A DNA stretch of 64,000 nt from Eledone cirrhosa (GCA_964016885.1 OZ024759.1:20646001-20710000), one strand, 5' to 3'. Counted from the stretch's first letter, positions 12,472-25,471 are shown. Numbers and translations are program-made. Notes: generated by a model from the letters alone, not told the origin.

Positions 12472-13053
12472 CTATACATATATATGTCTGTGTCTGTGGG
12501 TCAGAATTTGTGTGTGTGTCTGTATATGTGTGTATGTCATGTGTGTGTGTATCTGTATATCTGTATATATATGTGTCTGTATATCTGTATATATGTGTGT
12601 CTGTATATCTGTATATATGTATGTGACTGTATATCTGTATGTGTGTGACTGTATATGTGTGTGTGTGTGTGTGTCTGCATATGTGTGTGTATCTGTATAT
12701 GTGTGTGTGTCTGTATATCTGTATATATGTATGTGACTGTATATCTGTATGTGTGTGACTGTATATGTGTGTGTGTATGTGTCTGCATATGTGTGTGTAT
12801 CTGTATATGTGTGTGTATCTGTATATGTGTGTGTGTCTGTATATCTGTATATGTGTCTGTGTCTGTATATCTGTATATGTGTGTGTCTGTATATCTGTAT
12901 GTGTGTGTGTGTGTCTGTATATCTGTATGAGTGTGTGTCTGTATATGTGTGTGTGTCTGTATATCTGTGTGTGTCTATATATGTGTGTGTGTCTGTATAT
13001 CTGTATATGTGTGTGTGTCTGTATATCTGTATATGTGTGGGTGTCTGTATATC

Positions 13054-13090
<37 letters not shown>

Positions 13091-13670
13091 CTGTATATGT
13101 GTGTGTGTGTCTGAATATGTGTGTGTCTGTATATTTGTATGTATGTATGTATGTGTCTGTATATTTGTATATATGTGCGTGTGTGTGTCTGCATATGTGT
13201 CTGTATATTTGTATATATGTGTGTGTCTGTATATCTGTATATGTGTGGGTGTCTGTATATCTGTATATATGTGTGTGTGTGTCTGTATATCTGTATATGT
13301 GTGTGTGTGTCTGAATATGTGTGTGTCTGTATATTTGTATGTATGTATGTATGTGTCTGTATATCTGTATATATATATGTATGTGTGTGTGTGTGTGTGT
13401 CTCTGCATATGTGTCTGTATATTTGTATATATGTGTGTGTCTGTATATCTGTATATGTGTGTGTATGTCAGTATATGTGTGTCTGTCTCTTCTCTCTCTC
13501 TGTCTATGTGTCAATGTGTTTGTATATGCCTATGTGTGTCTATCTCTATATCTGTGTAACTATATATCTCTCTCTCTCTGTCTATGTGTCAATGTGTTTG
13601 TATATGCCTATGTGTATCTATCTCTATATCTGTGTAACTATATCTCTGTATGTCTTATGTCTGTATGTCT
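11920..13670. repeat. TG/TA-derived minisatellites
   Basis: 36-42-bp unit GCCTGTGTATGTCTATATGTAACTGTATGTATGC (11990-12390), then CTGTATAT-based units. Confidence 0.92.
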
Positions 13671-14080
13671 GTAGAGATGGTAAAGATGTGGGTATAATGG
13701 TGTAGGTGGTGGAACTATTTCATTTAAACCATCAAAGACCTTCAAGATTGCTCTCATAACAATAATATACTATTGTTAAATTGAGTCTGGAGTCTGTACA
13801 GTTTTGTATTAGAGTATATCTACTAAGTATTGCTGTGTTTGCAACAGCTGGCACAGAAGGGGGAGGGTTAAGTATGGGGGCAGGGAAGGAGTGGAATGAG
13901 GAGTGGTGAAGGGGTAGGAGGGGTGAGGTAAGTCGGAGAGCGTGTGGCTGGCTGGCTGGCTCTTTTTCTCCAAAGATAAACTCCATACACTACTCTGTTC
14001 GACCATACAATTACATTGATTGATTCATTGATCGGTTGATCGATTGATCGATTGGTTAGTTGATTGATTGATTGAAAATA

Positions 14081-14126
14081 ATCGATAACTAATCTCCAAT
14101 CAGCTGCCGCCGCTTTTATATGGGGG
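14081..14126 (-). promoter_or_regulatory. Candidate Pol II core promoter (TATA + Inr), TSS ~14090
   Basis: Minus: CCCA-TATAAAAG-CGGCGGCAGCTG...TTAGTT-ATCGATT; first T of TATA (14120) lies 30 nt upstream of the Inr A (14090); GC-rich flanks in non-repeat DNA. Confidence 0.45.
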
Positions 14127-14249
14127 CAATACACTACTTTCTTAAATTTCACCCTCCAAGATGTACACACGCACATGTTCCTACCACACACATACACACG
14201 TACCCAACACACACATATATATATGCATATTTCATTTTTCTTCTATTTC

Positions 14250-14530
14250 TTTCATCTTTTTCAGTCATCTTGTTTTTCTTCATTATCTTTTTCTTTTTAC
14301 TTTTTCTTCTTTTCTTCTTTTTCTTTTTCTTTTTCTTTTTCTTTTTCTTTTTCTTTTTCTTTTTTTCTTTTTCTTTTTCTTTTTCTTCTTTTCTTTTTCT
14401 TTTTCTTTTTCTTTTTTTTTCTTTTTTTTTCTTTCTCTTTTTCTTCTTTTTCTTCTTTATCTTCTTCTTTGCATTCTTCTTCGTCTTCTTTGTTGCCGTC
14501 TTCTTCTTTACCTTCTATTTTTCTTCTTCT
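14250..14530. repeat. Polypyrimidine (TTTTTC)n/(TTC)n tract
   Basis: Direct reading. Confidence 0.92.
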
Positions 14531-14941
14531 TGGAAAAGAGTCTTAACATTTCAGAAATTAGAATGAAAAATAAGAGGAAATTGAAAAATAGCGAGAGAGA
14601 AGAGGAAAGAAAGGAAAATCATAATAATCATAATAATAATAATGCAAACATAAATGAATACTATATTTCAGCTATGTGGTCAATTGAGCACTGTTTTACC
14701 ATTTCCATTTACATACCATATTGCTGTATATACATAAATATATATATATATATATACATGCTTTGTGCTTTATCCTTATGGGGTTGAAATATACATGCTT
14801 TGCCTTTCTTCCTTGTGGGGGTCGATAAAATAAAGTACCAGTAATGCACAGGGGTCGATTTAATTGATGTTCCCCTCCCCAAAAATTGTTGGCCTTGTGC
14901 CTCAATTAGAAACTCTATTAATATTATTATATCATCATCAT

Positions 14942-15013
<72 letters not shown>

Positions 15014-15014
15014 C

Positions 15015-15051
<37 letters not shown>

Positions 15052-15092
15052 CATATATATACATATATATATATATACATATATATATATAC

Positions 15093-15123
<31 letters not shown>

Positions 15124-15535
15124 TATATATATATATTTATATATATATATATATATACACATATGTATATATAACTCTTAACGAGTCCTCTTTGGATTTT
15201 GATCTGTATTATTTCTACTATCTATGCATGCGTGTATATGTGTATCATATGTATGTATAATATATATGTATATTATATGCATGTATGTATACAATATATG
15301 TGCGTGTGTATATATATGTAATATATAGGCATGTATCTATACAGTATATGTATTATCTTTAACATATACTCCAGTTCTACCAACTGTTGAGTGCTACTTA
15401 TCTGATATATGCATAGTTTTATTGTTCTACAATATTACTCATATTCTACATATATATATATTATACATATATATTATATATATATATTATACATATATAT
15501 TATATATATATATTATACATATATATTACATATAT

Positions 15536-15950
15536 AGAGAAGACCCGCCTTACCTAAATACAAAGTAAAACCTACTACAGTCAGTAGTCATCTCTAACAA
15601 AATACACCCCCATCCCACCACCCCCACCCCATCCCATGCACACCGCCCCTTTCAATGTAAAGTTATGTTGGTGCCACAACATCCAGGCCGAAACAAATGA
15701 GATCGTGTAGGTGTCACGACAAAAAAACACACAGTCCACGCTGTAATGTGGCCATGTAGGCAACACGGTAAAAAGCTCCCAGCCCCACACTGTAAATGTG
15801 GTTGGTGTTAGGAAGGGCATCCAGCTGTAGAAAACCCGCCAGACAGTCCTATGCAAGCAAGACAATCACTCTTGCCTCAAGTGGGAAAACTCCCGTCCAA
15901 ACCCATGCAAGCGTGGAACATGGACGTTAAACGATGATGATGATGATGAT
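15536..15950 (+). mobile_element. 5'-truncated RTE/SINE composite element
   Basis: Starts at GAGAAGACCCGCCTTACCTAA (EKTRLT*, the end of the RTE ORF seen at 36867) and is colinear with 36890-36378 through a SINE-like body to a (GAT)n tail. Confidence 0.85.
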
Positions 15951-16324
15951 ATGTGTAATATCTCTGTATAATATATCTCTTGACAACCAATATCACATCA
16001 AAATGCTATAACACAACATTCTAAACAAGTAAACAATGGTATTGTGTTTAAACCATTTTTAGTCGTCCTTCTAGCATTCAGCTACACAGGGTTAAAATTT
16101 CAAGGATCTGTGAGCTGTATTTTATTGAATTTTATCGATTTTTGCCTTGATATTTTATTTTTAAAAATGTCCGCACATTTAGCCTATCAATCATGACGCA
16201 TGTCGGCACTTTAATTGATGTGTTAATAGAGAAGACTATTTAATAGAGAAGGCTTTTGGAGATGTCTGTGATGTATGTATGATAATGCCAGCCAGTAATT
16301 CAATTTAATGTATTATTAAAATGT

Positions 16325-16575
16325 AGTGGAAGTATGTGGCCTAGTGGCAAGTGTGTTGGACTTATGATCATAATGTGATGGGTTTGATTCCTTGACTAGG
16401 TTGCTTGTTATGTGCTTGATAAAAACTCATCATTTCATGTTGTTTCAGTGTACTCAGTTGAAAATGGTGTCCTGTCCAGGGTGGGGGGAGTCTTGTACTC
16501 TCGGCTACTTCACACCACAAATACTGGGATAAACACTGGCCTGAAGAGTGTCTGACTTTGAGACAGACTCTAACC
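16325..16575 (+). mobile_element. Old, diverged tRNA-derived SINE
   Basis: TGGCCTAGTGG A box, GGTTTGATTCC B box, decayed CORE-like block, distinct 3' part. Confidence 0.6.
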
Positions 16576-16898
16576 CTGCAATGGACAGGTCTGGATAGAC
16601 CAAGTCAGTACTGAAGCTGGGTGACTGATGTTCTAGACAGGCCATGGAGGTTTGTCATTATATATGGTTATTACTTAGTGCTGTGGAGCCATTGTCATGT
16701 CTTTTGACACAAACAGAAGGATCTTTCTAACCCATCGTTTGGCAAACTTCCTACGACTGGATACTCTTCCTAACACCAATCACTTTATAGCATGTACTGG
16801 GTGTTTTTATTGTGTAGATCACACGCACACACATATATATATGTATGTATACTCACCCACACATTCTCACATATATATGTATATTTATGTGTGTATAT

Positions 16899-17255
16899 CA
16901 TCATCGTCATTTTACGTCCGCTTTTCCCTGCTTGCAAGGTTGGGACAGGTCCTTTTCAGCACATCATCTCTCCATTTGTCATGGTCCTTCCTCATCTCCT
17001 CTGTGAGCTTCAGCGATCTGAGGTCAGCTTTCACCACCTCTGCCCATGTTTTTCGTGGTCTTCCTCTACTGTGTCTTCCTTCCACTGGAATTTCTTAGCA
17101 CTTCTTCACCCAGTGGTCACCTTCCATGCGCATCACATGTCCATACCAACATAGTCTTCTCTCCTGAACACTACAGTTTATCCCTCTTATACACAATTTC
17201 ACTCCCAACTTGTCTATGCTTGGTCGTTCACACACATTGACATTGCATATCCATG
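16899..17255 (-). mobile_element. RTE-clade LINE 3' fragment
   Basis: Minus: ...VQERRLCWYGHVMRMEGDHWVKKC*EIPVEGRHSRGRPRKTWAEVVKADL...; ends AAAGCGGACGTAAAATGACGATGATG. Confidence 0.9.
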
Positions 17256-18114
17256 TATGTATATATATCTTGGTGGTGTTAAAGATAAGACAATGGTTTG
17301 AAATATAACTTTTGTATAACAGTTTTCTTATACTTTCTTATGAGACATTTGCAGAATTACAGCCTGTTTGGAACAACAAACTTCCTAAATCCATAAATTG
17401 TTTAATGTTTCTGGACTTTCTGTATCTCATCATCAGTATATGTCATGTTTTGTGGCTTCTTTTTTTACTGCCTCTTTTATTATAGACAGATGTTCTTCAT
17501 GAAATTTTATGCAGTTCTTCCTTTCGTAGCTGCCAATGTAACGGCTTATAAAGAATATTTTTTACTAGAGTTTAAAACTTGACATTTGATCAACAGAGTG
17601 CTACATCATAAGTCATATATGTTTATGAGATGTGTATACTGTTTGTGTGGTTAGAATTGTACTGTAGTTTGTGTAGTAATCTTAGCATTTTATTGCAATG
17701 TAAGTTTCTTTTCCATGACTAAATGTCCATTTTTGTTCTACTGATTCCCAACAATCAAAGGCCATAGCGAGAACCATGATATTATATGTGTATGTGTATG
17801 CATATATATATATGTGTATGTATGTATATATATATATATATATGTGTATGTATATATATATATATATGTGTATGTATGTATATATATATATATATATGTG
17901 TATGTATATATATATATATATGTGTATGTATATATATATATATATGTGTGTATGTATATATGTATATATATATGTGTATGTATGTGTGTATATATATATG
18001 TGTATATATATGTGTGTATGTATCTGTACATATGTATATATATATGTATATGTACATATATGTGTATGTTTATGTATATGTGTATATGTTTATATATGTA
18101 TGTATGTGTATGTA

Positions 18115-18146
<32 letters not shown>

Positions 18147-18249
18147 TATATGTGTATATATATATATGTGTGTGTGTGTGTATATGTATGTATATATATA
18201 TATATATACGCAAACACACACACACATATATATATGATAAATATTTTTT

Positions 18250-18615
18250 TGTTATGACCATGCTGTAAAATGGAGGGGTAGAGAGGGCCCATGAGTCCAG
18301 TAAGACATCCTCTCTAGTGCTGGTGGCACAAATAAAAGCACCCAGACCATGTTGTAAAGTGGCACTGGTGTTAGGAAGGGCAGCCAAGCAGTGTATAAAT
18401 GCCAAAACAATTATGAGCGCAGCAACAAATATATATAGGAACAACAAAAATATGAAGACGTCGCATCTCAGAGTTGCAACACTTAATGTTGGCACTCTCA
18501 TAGGTAGATCTAGTGGAATAGTGGAGATGCTGGAGAGAAGGCATGTGGATGTGTGCTGCGTGCAAGAGGTGAGATGGAGAGGTGCCTCTGCGAGACTAGT
18601 CGCAGGCAGAGATCT
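18250..18615 (+). mobile_element. RTE-clade LINE 5' fragment (5' UTR plus AP-endonuclease N-terminus)
   Basis: LRVATLNVGTLIGRSSGIVEMLERRHVDVCCVQEVRWRGASAR matches the first motifs of RTE AP endonucleases; truncated. Confidence 0.9.
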
Positions 18616-18790
18616 TAGCGATAAGCTTTTCTGTACATGGTATTACTAGAGATACTTTAAATGAAGGTACCAAAAGATGCAATGATTTTGACAAGTAAAG
18701 AAGAGATTAAACCAGATGATGATAGTAAACAGTTTTATATATATATATAAATATATAGTTTTTTATGTATATATACTTATATATATAATT

Positions 18791-18822
<32 letters not shown>

Positions 18823-19020
18823 TTATCTCTCTATATATATAGATTTTTATGTATATATACTTATAAAATTATATATATATGTATATATCTATATTTATCT
18901 CTCTATATATATAGTTATATATATATATTTGTTATATATATGGTTTATGTATATATATTTATATATATAATTATATATATATATATTTATATTATATATA
19001 TATTATACACATATATATAT

Positions 19021-19052
<32 letters not shown>

Positions 19053-19200
19053 CATCATCATCATTTTACGTCCGCTTTTCCCTGCTTGCTTGCAAGGGGA
19101 TATATTATATATATATATTATATACATATATACATATATATATTATATACATATATACATATATATATTATATACATATATACATATATATATTATATAC

Positions 19201-19245
<45 letters not shown>

Positions 19246-19495
19246 ATATATATATACATATATATTCTTATATACATAAATGTAATAAATTTCACAGATG
19301 TGGTTTGAACTGTTTACATAAAATGATTCAGTGATTGGTTTATAGGAGAGAAGATACTTGAGGACTTGTATGATATGTTGAGCAGCAACACCTCTACACC
19401 CTCAACTACAGCACTACTAACGACAGTAACACCCAATATAGTAACACCACCAACATCACCAACATCATTACCAACATCATTACCATCATCATACA

Positions 19496-20842
19496 CAATC
19501 AAATATAGCAACACCACCACCAACACCACCAACATCACCATCATTACCATCATCATACACAACAGCACCAGCAACACAATCAAATATAGCAACACCACCA
19601 GCATCACCACCAACATCATCACCACCATCAACACCACCACCACAATCAAATATAGCAACACCACCAGCATCACCACCAACATCATCACCACCATCAACAC
19701 CACCACCACAATCAAATATAGCAACACCACCAGCATCACCACCAACATCATCACCACCATCAACACCACCACCACAATCAAATATAGCAACACCACCAGC
19801 ATCACCACCAACATCATCACCACCATCAACACCACCACCACCACCACCACAATCAAATATAGCAACACCACCAGCATCACCACCAACATCATCACCACCA
19901 TCAACACCACCACCACCACAATCAAATATAGCAACACCACCAGCATCACCACCAACATCATCACCACCATCAACACCACCACCACAATCAAATATAGCAA
20001 CACCACCAGCATCACCACCAACATCATCACCACCATCAACACCACCACCACCACCACAACCAAATATAGCAGCAACAACATCATCACCACCAACATCATC
20101 ACCACCATCAACACCACCACCACCACAACCAAATATAGCAGCAACAACATCATCACCACCAACATCATCACCACCATCAACACCACCACCACAATCAAAT
20201 ATAGCAACACCACCAGCACCATCAGCAACATCAACAACATTATTACCATCAATGTGAAAAACATCAACACCACCACCACCATCAACAACAGAATCACCAA
20301 CATCATCACCACCACCACCAACACCACCACCAACACCACCACTAACATCATGACCTCCAACACCACCACCGCCACCATCATCACCACCACCACCAACACC
20401 ACCACTAACATCATGACCTCCACCACCAACACCACCACCGCCACCATCATCACCGCCACCACCAACACCAACATCACCATCACCACTACCTGCATCACCA
20501 CCATCACCATCACCACCACCAACATCATCACCACCACCACCACCATCACCACCACCACCACCATCACCACCACCACCACCACCAACACCACCATCACCAA
20601 CATCACCACCACCACCATCACCAGCACCATCACCACCACCACCACCACCACCACCACCACCATCACCACCACCACCACCATCACCACCACCACCACCACC
20701 ATCACCAACATCACCACCACCACCACCAACATCACCACCACCATCACCACCACCATCACCACCACCACCACCAACACCACCATCACCAACATCACCACCA
20801 TCACCACCACCACCATCAACACCACCACCATCACCACCAACG
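19496..20842. repeat. ~66-bp minisatellite grading into (ACC/ATC)n
   Basis: Unit CAATCAAATATAGCAACACCACCAGCATCACCACCAACATCATCACCACCATCAACACCACCAC, about 11 copies. Confidence 0.92.
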
Positions 20843-21106
20843 ACTATTAAAAATCAAATAAAACGAGAGTCTTGTGTAACGTCTGCAAGTATTTATTTCA
20901 ACATGTTAATAACAGAAACTTCTTATAACTTGGTTAAGAGACATACACATGACAATACCTACACACATACATACATATATATATGTGTATAAATATACAT
21001 ATATATATATATGTGTGTGTGTGTATATATACATATGTGTATACACCTATATGTGTATAAATATACATACATATATATATATATATATGTGTGTGTGTAT
21101 ATGTAT

Positions 21107-21154
<48 letters not shown>

Positions 21155-21657
21155 GTGTATATATATATACATATGTGTATATATATATACATGTGTATAT
21201 GTATACATACATGTATATATATATATATATAAACGCATACACACAAATACCTACCTAACAAACCATATACATACATATATATATGTATGTATATGTCTCT
21301 ATATGTATGTATATATGTGTATATATATATGTATATATATATATGTGTGGGTATATATATATACATACACATTCATACACACATACATATACATACCTAC
21401 CTACCTACATACATATATATGAATTTATGTACACATACACAATTCATATATACATACAAATATATCATATATATATATATATTCACATACACTTAAATAT
21501 CAGAATCGTTTAGTGTACTCTATTTATAGACTATGTATATATATATTTATATATATATATATATGTATATATATGTGTGTGTGTCTGTGTGTATCTATAT
21601 ATAGATACGTTTCTACATATATATGTGTATGTGTGTATATATATCTATATATACATA

Positions 21658-21737
<80 letters not shown>

Positions 21738-21742
21738 GTGTG

Positions 21743-21882
<140 letters not shown>

Positions 21883-21890
21883 TACACATA

Positions 21891-21922
<32 letters not shown>

Positions 21923-22061
21923 CACATGTATATACAAGTGTATGTATGTGTAGAAATATCAATGTATTCATGTCACACGTATATAATTTAATAAATATAT
22001 ATTAAATCAAAGAAACTAATATTTGATAAGAAAGCAATATATTCATTAAATGAATATATGC

Positions 22062-22108
<47 letters not shown>

Positions 22109-22271
22109 CATATGTATTTACACATACATGTGTGAGTCTTGGCATGTGTGTGTATATATATACATACATATATACAAACATACACATATAAATTCACATA
22201 CATATACACCCATATATATATATGCACACACACAAACATACATATATATGTACATATATAAATACACATAT

Positions 22272-22326
<55 letters not shown>

Positions 22327-22381
22327 AAAAATAAAATAGTGTAAGTTATATGTATGTAAAAGGTAAACAGAAATAACAAAA

Positions 22382-22429
<48 letters not shown>

Positions 22430-22490
22430 TGCATATGCACACACACACATAGATGCTGCTGTGAACATACATACATACATAATATCTCTC

Positions 22491-22574
<84 letters not shown>

Positions 22575-22888
22575 GATATATAGATAGATATATATATACA
22601 TACAATACCTGTCAGAAAAAGAAAAAGTCTGTGATGTGATATTAAAAGAAGATTATTTCTTGTTAACTTCATCTCTTCCAAACATAGCTTCTTCGTGTTT
22701 CAAAGCTACACACCAATGTCTCCATTGATTGTTCTGTGGCTGGGAATATCTTCTCTGGCTAAAATATCTTCCATTTCTCTTAGGTCACTTAGTTACTGGT
22801 TTTCAGAATTTTCCAGTTCTTTGCAGGAAAAAAATGGAAAAAAGAAATTATATATATACATATATATATATATCTATTATGTATATAT

Positions 22889-22924
<36 letters not shown>

Positions 22925-22963
22925 ATATTAATAAATGGAAACTATATTTATAAAACCATATTT

Positions 22964-23027
22964 ATTTTATTATATATATTTCAAGGGCAACCAAGGCAAA
23001 TTATGGTGCGCTTTCATCAGATGAAAT
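22964..23027 (-). ncRNA. Minimal type-I hammerhead ribozyme motif
   Basis: Minus: AUUUCAU-CUGAUGA-AAGCGCACCA...UGGUUGCCCUU-GAAA-UAUAUA-UA-AUAAAAU; helix I pairs 6/7. Confidence 0.62.
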
Positions 23028-23199
23028 TTAAATGTTTAAGCTTGTTGAATCCCAACAAATTAAATATAACCTCTGCATATATATATATATATGTGTGTGT
23101 ATATATTATGCATATATTTTTTATATATGTATATATATATATATATATATAACTCTTTGTTATAGTTGCTGTTGTTCTCATTATCATCATTATGATCAT

Positions 23200-23427
23200 G
23201 CCTTGGTGGTCAGGGTCATTGTGGCTTTTTACTGGGCTTTCTCCACAAATGTCCCTCCGAAGTCTCCCCCCTATTGGGGAATTTTTCATTGTTATTTTCA
23301 TTGTTATTTTTGTTACATCCTCTGTTTTTGTTTTTTTACACGCAGAAATGCCCATTTGTACCGTCCTGCATTGTCCTGCACTGTCCTTAATGTCTACTTT
23401 ATGTAAACCCTTGTGGTTAATAAAGAA
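23200..23427 (+). mobile_element. Tx1/L1-like LINE 3' UTR with 17-bp target-site duplication
   Basis: ATCATCATTATGATCAT at 23183-23199 and 23428-23444; ends CCCTTGTGGTTAATAAAGAA like the elements at 32892-34054. Confidence 0.8.
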
Positions 23428-23546
23428 ATCATCATTATGATCATCCTTATATATATATATATATACAGATATATATATATATCATCATCATCATCATACG
23501 TCCGCTTTTCCCTGCTTGCAAGGGTGTATATATATATGTGCGTGTA

Positions 23547-23580
<34 letters not shown>

Positions 23581-23803
23581 AGGATGTATATGTGTATATA
23601 TATATATATATGTGTGTGTATATATGTATATATATATATATGTGTGTATATATGTATATATATATATATGTGTGTGTATATGTATGAATATGTGTAAATA
23701 TATATATATATATATGTATGTGCGTGTATATGTATGTATATGTGTAAATATATATGTATATATATATATATGTATGTGCGTGTATATGATGTGTATATGT
23801 AAA

Positions 23804-23851
<48 letters not shown>

Positions 23852-24308
23852 TGATGGTGATGGTGGTGGTGATGGTGATGGTGATGATGATGATTGTGTG
23901 TGTGTTTATATATAATATATAACCATATATATATAATGTATATGACAGTAACATATAACAAATGAGTTATATAAGGTATTAGGTGTAGTCAACATCGAAA
24001 ACACAAGAGTGAGACAAAGAATGAACAGATAAAAGCAACGTTATTCCTTGTCAGCTGCCAGCGGAAGTAATCATTAGAATCCAGTACTACTTAGGCCAAA
24101 TAAACTGGCTACTGGGAAAGATACATGGACAGTAAAACAATAACCTGATTAGAAAATATATAGTAAATACACAGAGAAAAGTCTTACAAGCTGGCCACAT
24201 GCAACAGTTGCGAATGAACTGTGTATTTGTGAGTGTTTATAGAAAAAGAGAGCTTGTGTTCCAATCATAAGTGAGTGTGTGTGTACCAATCATAAGTGAG
24301 TGTGTGTG

Positions 24309-24365
<57 letters not shown>

Positions 24366-24374
24366 ATATATATG

Positions 24375-24985
24375 TCAGGTCACCAGTTGGTGCTACTGGT
24401 AACATGTATCCCAGTACAACCTGTCTCATGGTCGGGTCGTTGGCGACTAAACTGGCAACCCCACCAAGTTTTCTTGGTGAGGAGGGTGACTTTGGACATC
24501 CTGCAGGACTAAAAACAAAACCTGTCAAAGGGCAAAGGAGCTCTTAAGAGTCAATGGCCATCCAAAATCACCGGGAGAGATGACCCCTTAGCCTTTGTCA
24601 AGGCAGAATTCTAGGAGAAGGAAAACTCTGATATAACACCTGCAACCCTGATGGTATCCAATGATGTTGACTTGTTCTTCTTTTTGGTAAATATCATCTT
24701 GGTTAAGAGAGTGGGACTGGCTTTGTGCAGTGCCTTTGCTCACTATAAAAGCTTCATGGCACAGGCATTGCTTTATATCTGGAGATCTCTCTGCACTTGT
24801 CGTCACATGGTACCATGGGCCCAGCACTATGTGTCAATAATTGTCACAAGTGTAGTGTTTGTACCAGAGTTTTCAAGTCGCTGGCTGGACTCAAAAGTCA
24901 CACTCGTTCAGCGTATCGGTAGGGGTTCTCCTACATGGATATAAAGTAGTGGCCGTACTCGAAAACGAGTTGGCAGCCACCATAT
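24375..24985 (+). mobile_element. Internally deleted non-autonomous RTE (5' UTR joined to the 3' end)
   Basis: RTE-type 5' UTR motif CTAGGAGAAGGAAAACTCTGAT; C-terminal zinc-finger remnant CSVCTRVFKSLAGLKSHTR; 3' hairpin CTCGAAAACGAG; shorter relative at ~25010-25160. Confidence 0.72.
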
Positions 24986-25172
24986 ATATGTGTATATATG
25001 TGTATATAGAGAGTGGGATTGGCTCAGTGCACAGTCTTTCCTCACTTTAAAAAAAAATATCTTCACGCACAGGCATTGCTCCATAGAATTAATTGATAAT
25101 TATTAATAATGGTATATCGTGCAATGGCCATACTCGATAACGAGGGGGCAGTCATCATGTATATATATATAT

Positions 25173-25203
<31 letters not shown>

Positions 25204-25471
25204 TATGAAGGATTTGGACCCCGACGGCTGAGCTCCAGCCGTTTCAATAGCTAGATCTGGAGCTCAGATGCTGGAGTCCTGAATCCTTCGTATTACCCAC
25301 TCTACTACCCTAAATATCAAATACTCTGGTAAGTAATGGTCTAACTCATTACTATTGCATTCATTCTGATTTATACATATACACATAAAAGGTAAACAGA
25401 AATAACAACACAATCAGTGCAGTATATGGAAGGAATATATTAAGTTAACACTCGAAATAGCAGGAAAAGGG

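Noticed and set aside
13920-13935. Perfect plus-strand donor GAG|GTAAGT (also AAT|GTAAGT at 10744)
   Set aside because: No convincing matching acceptor or coding frame; isolated donors are common.
17270-17770. Decayed Penelope GIY-YIG end, and a pre-miRNA-sized hairpin at ~17591-17645
   Set aside because: Only vague motif resemblance (ETYI, NHTNS, HEEHLSII) across stops and frameshifts; the hairpin is AU/GU-rich and matches no miRNA I recognise.
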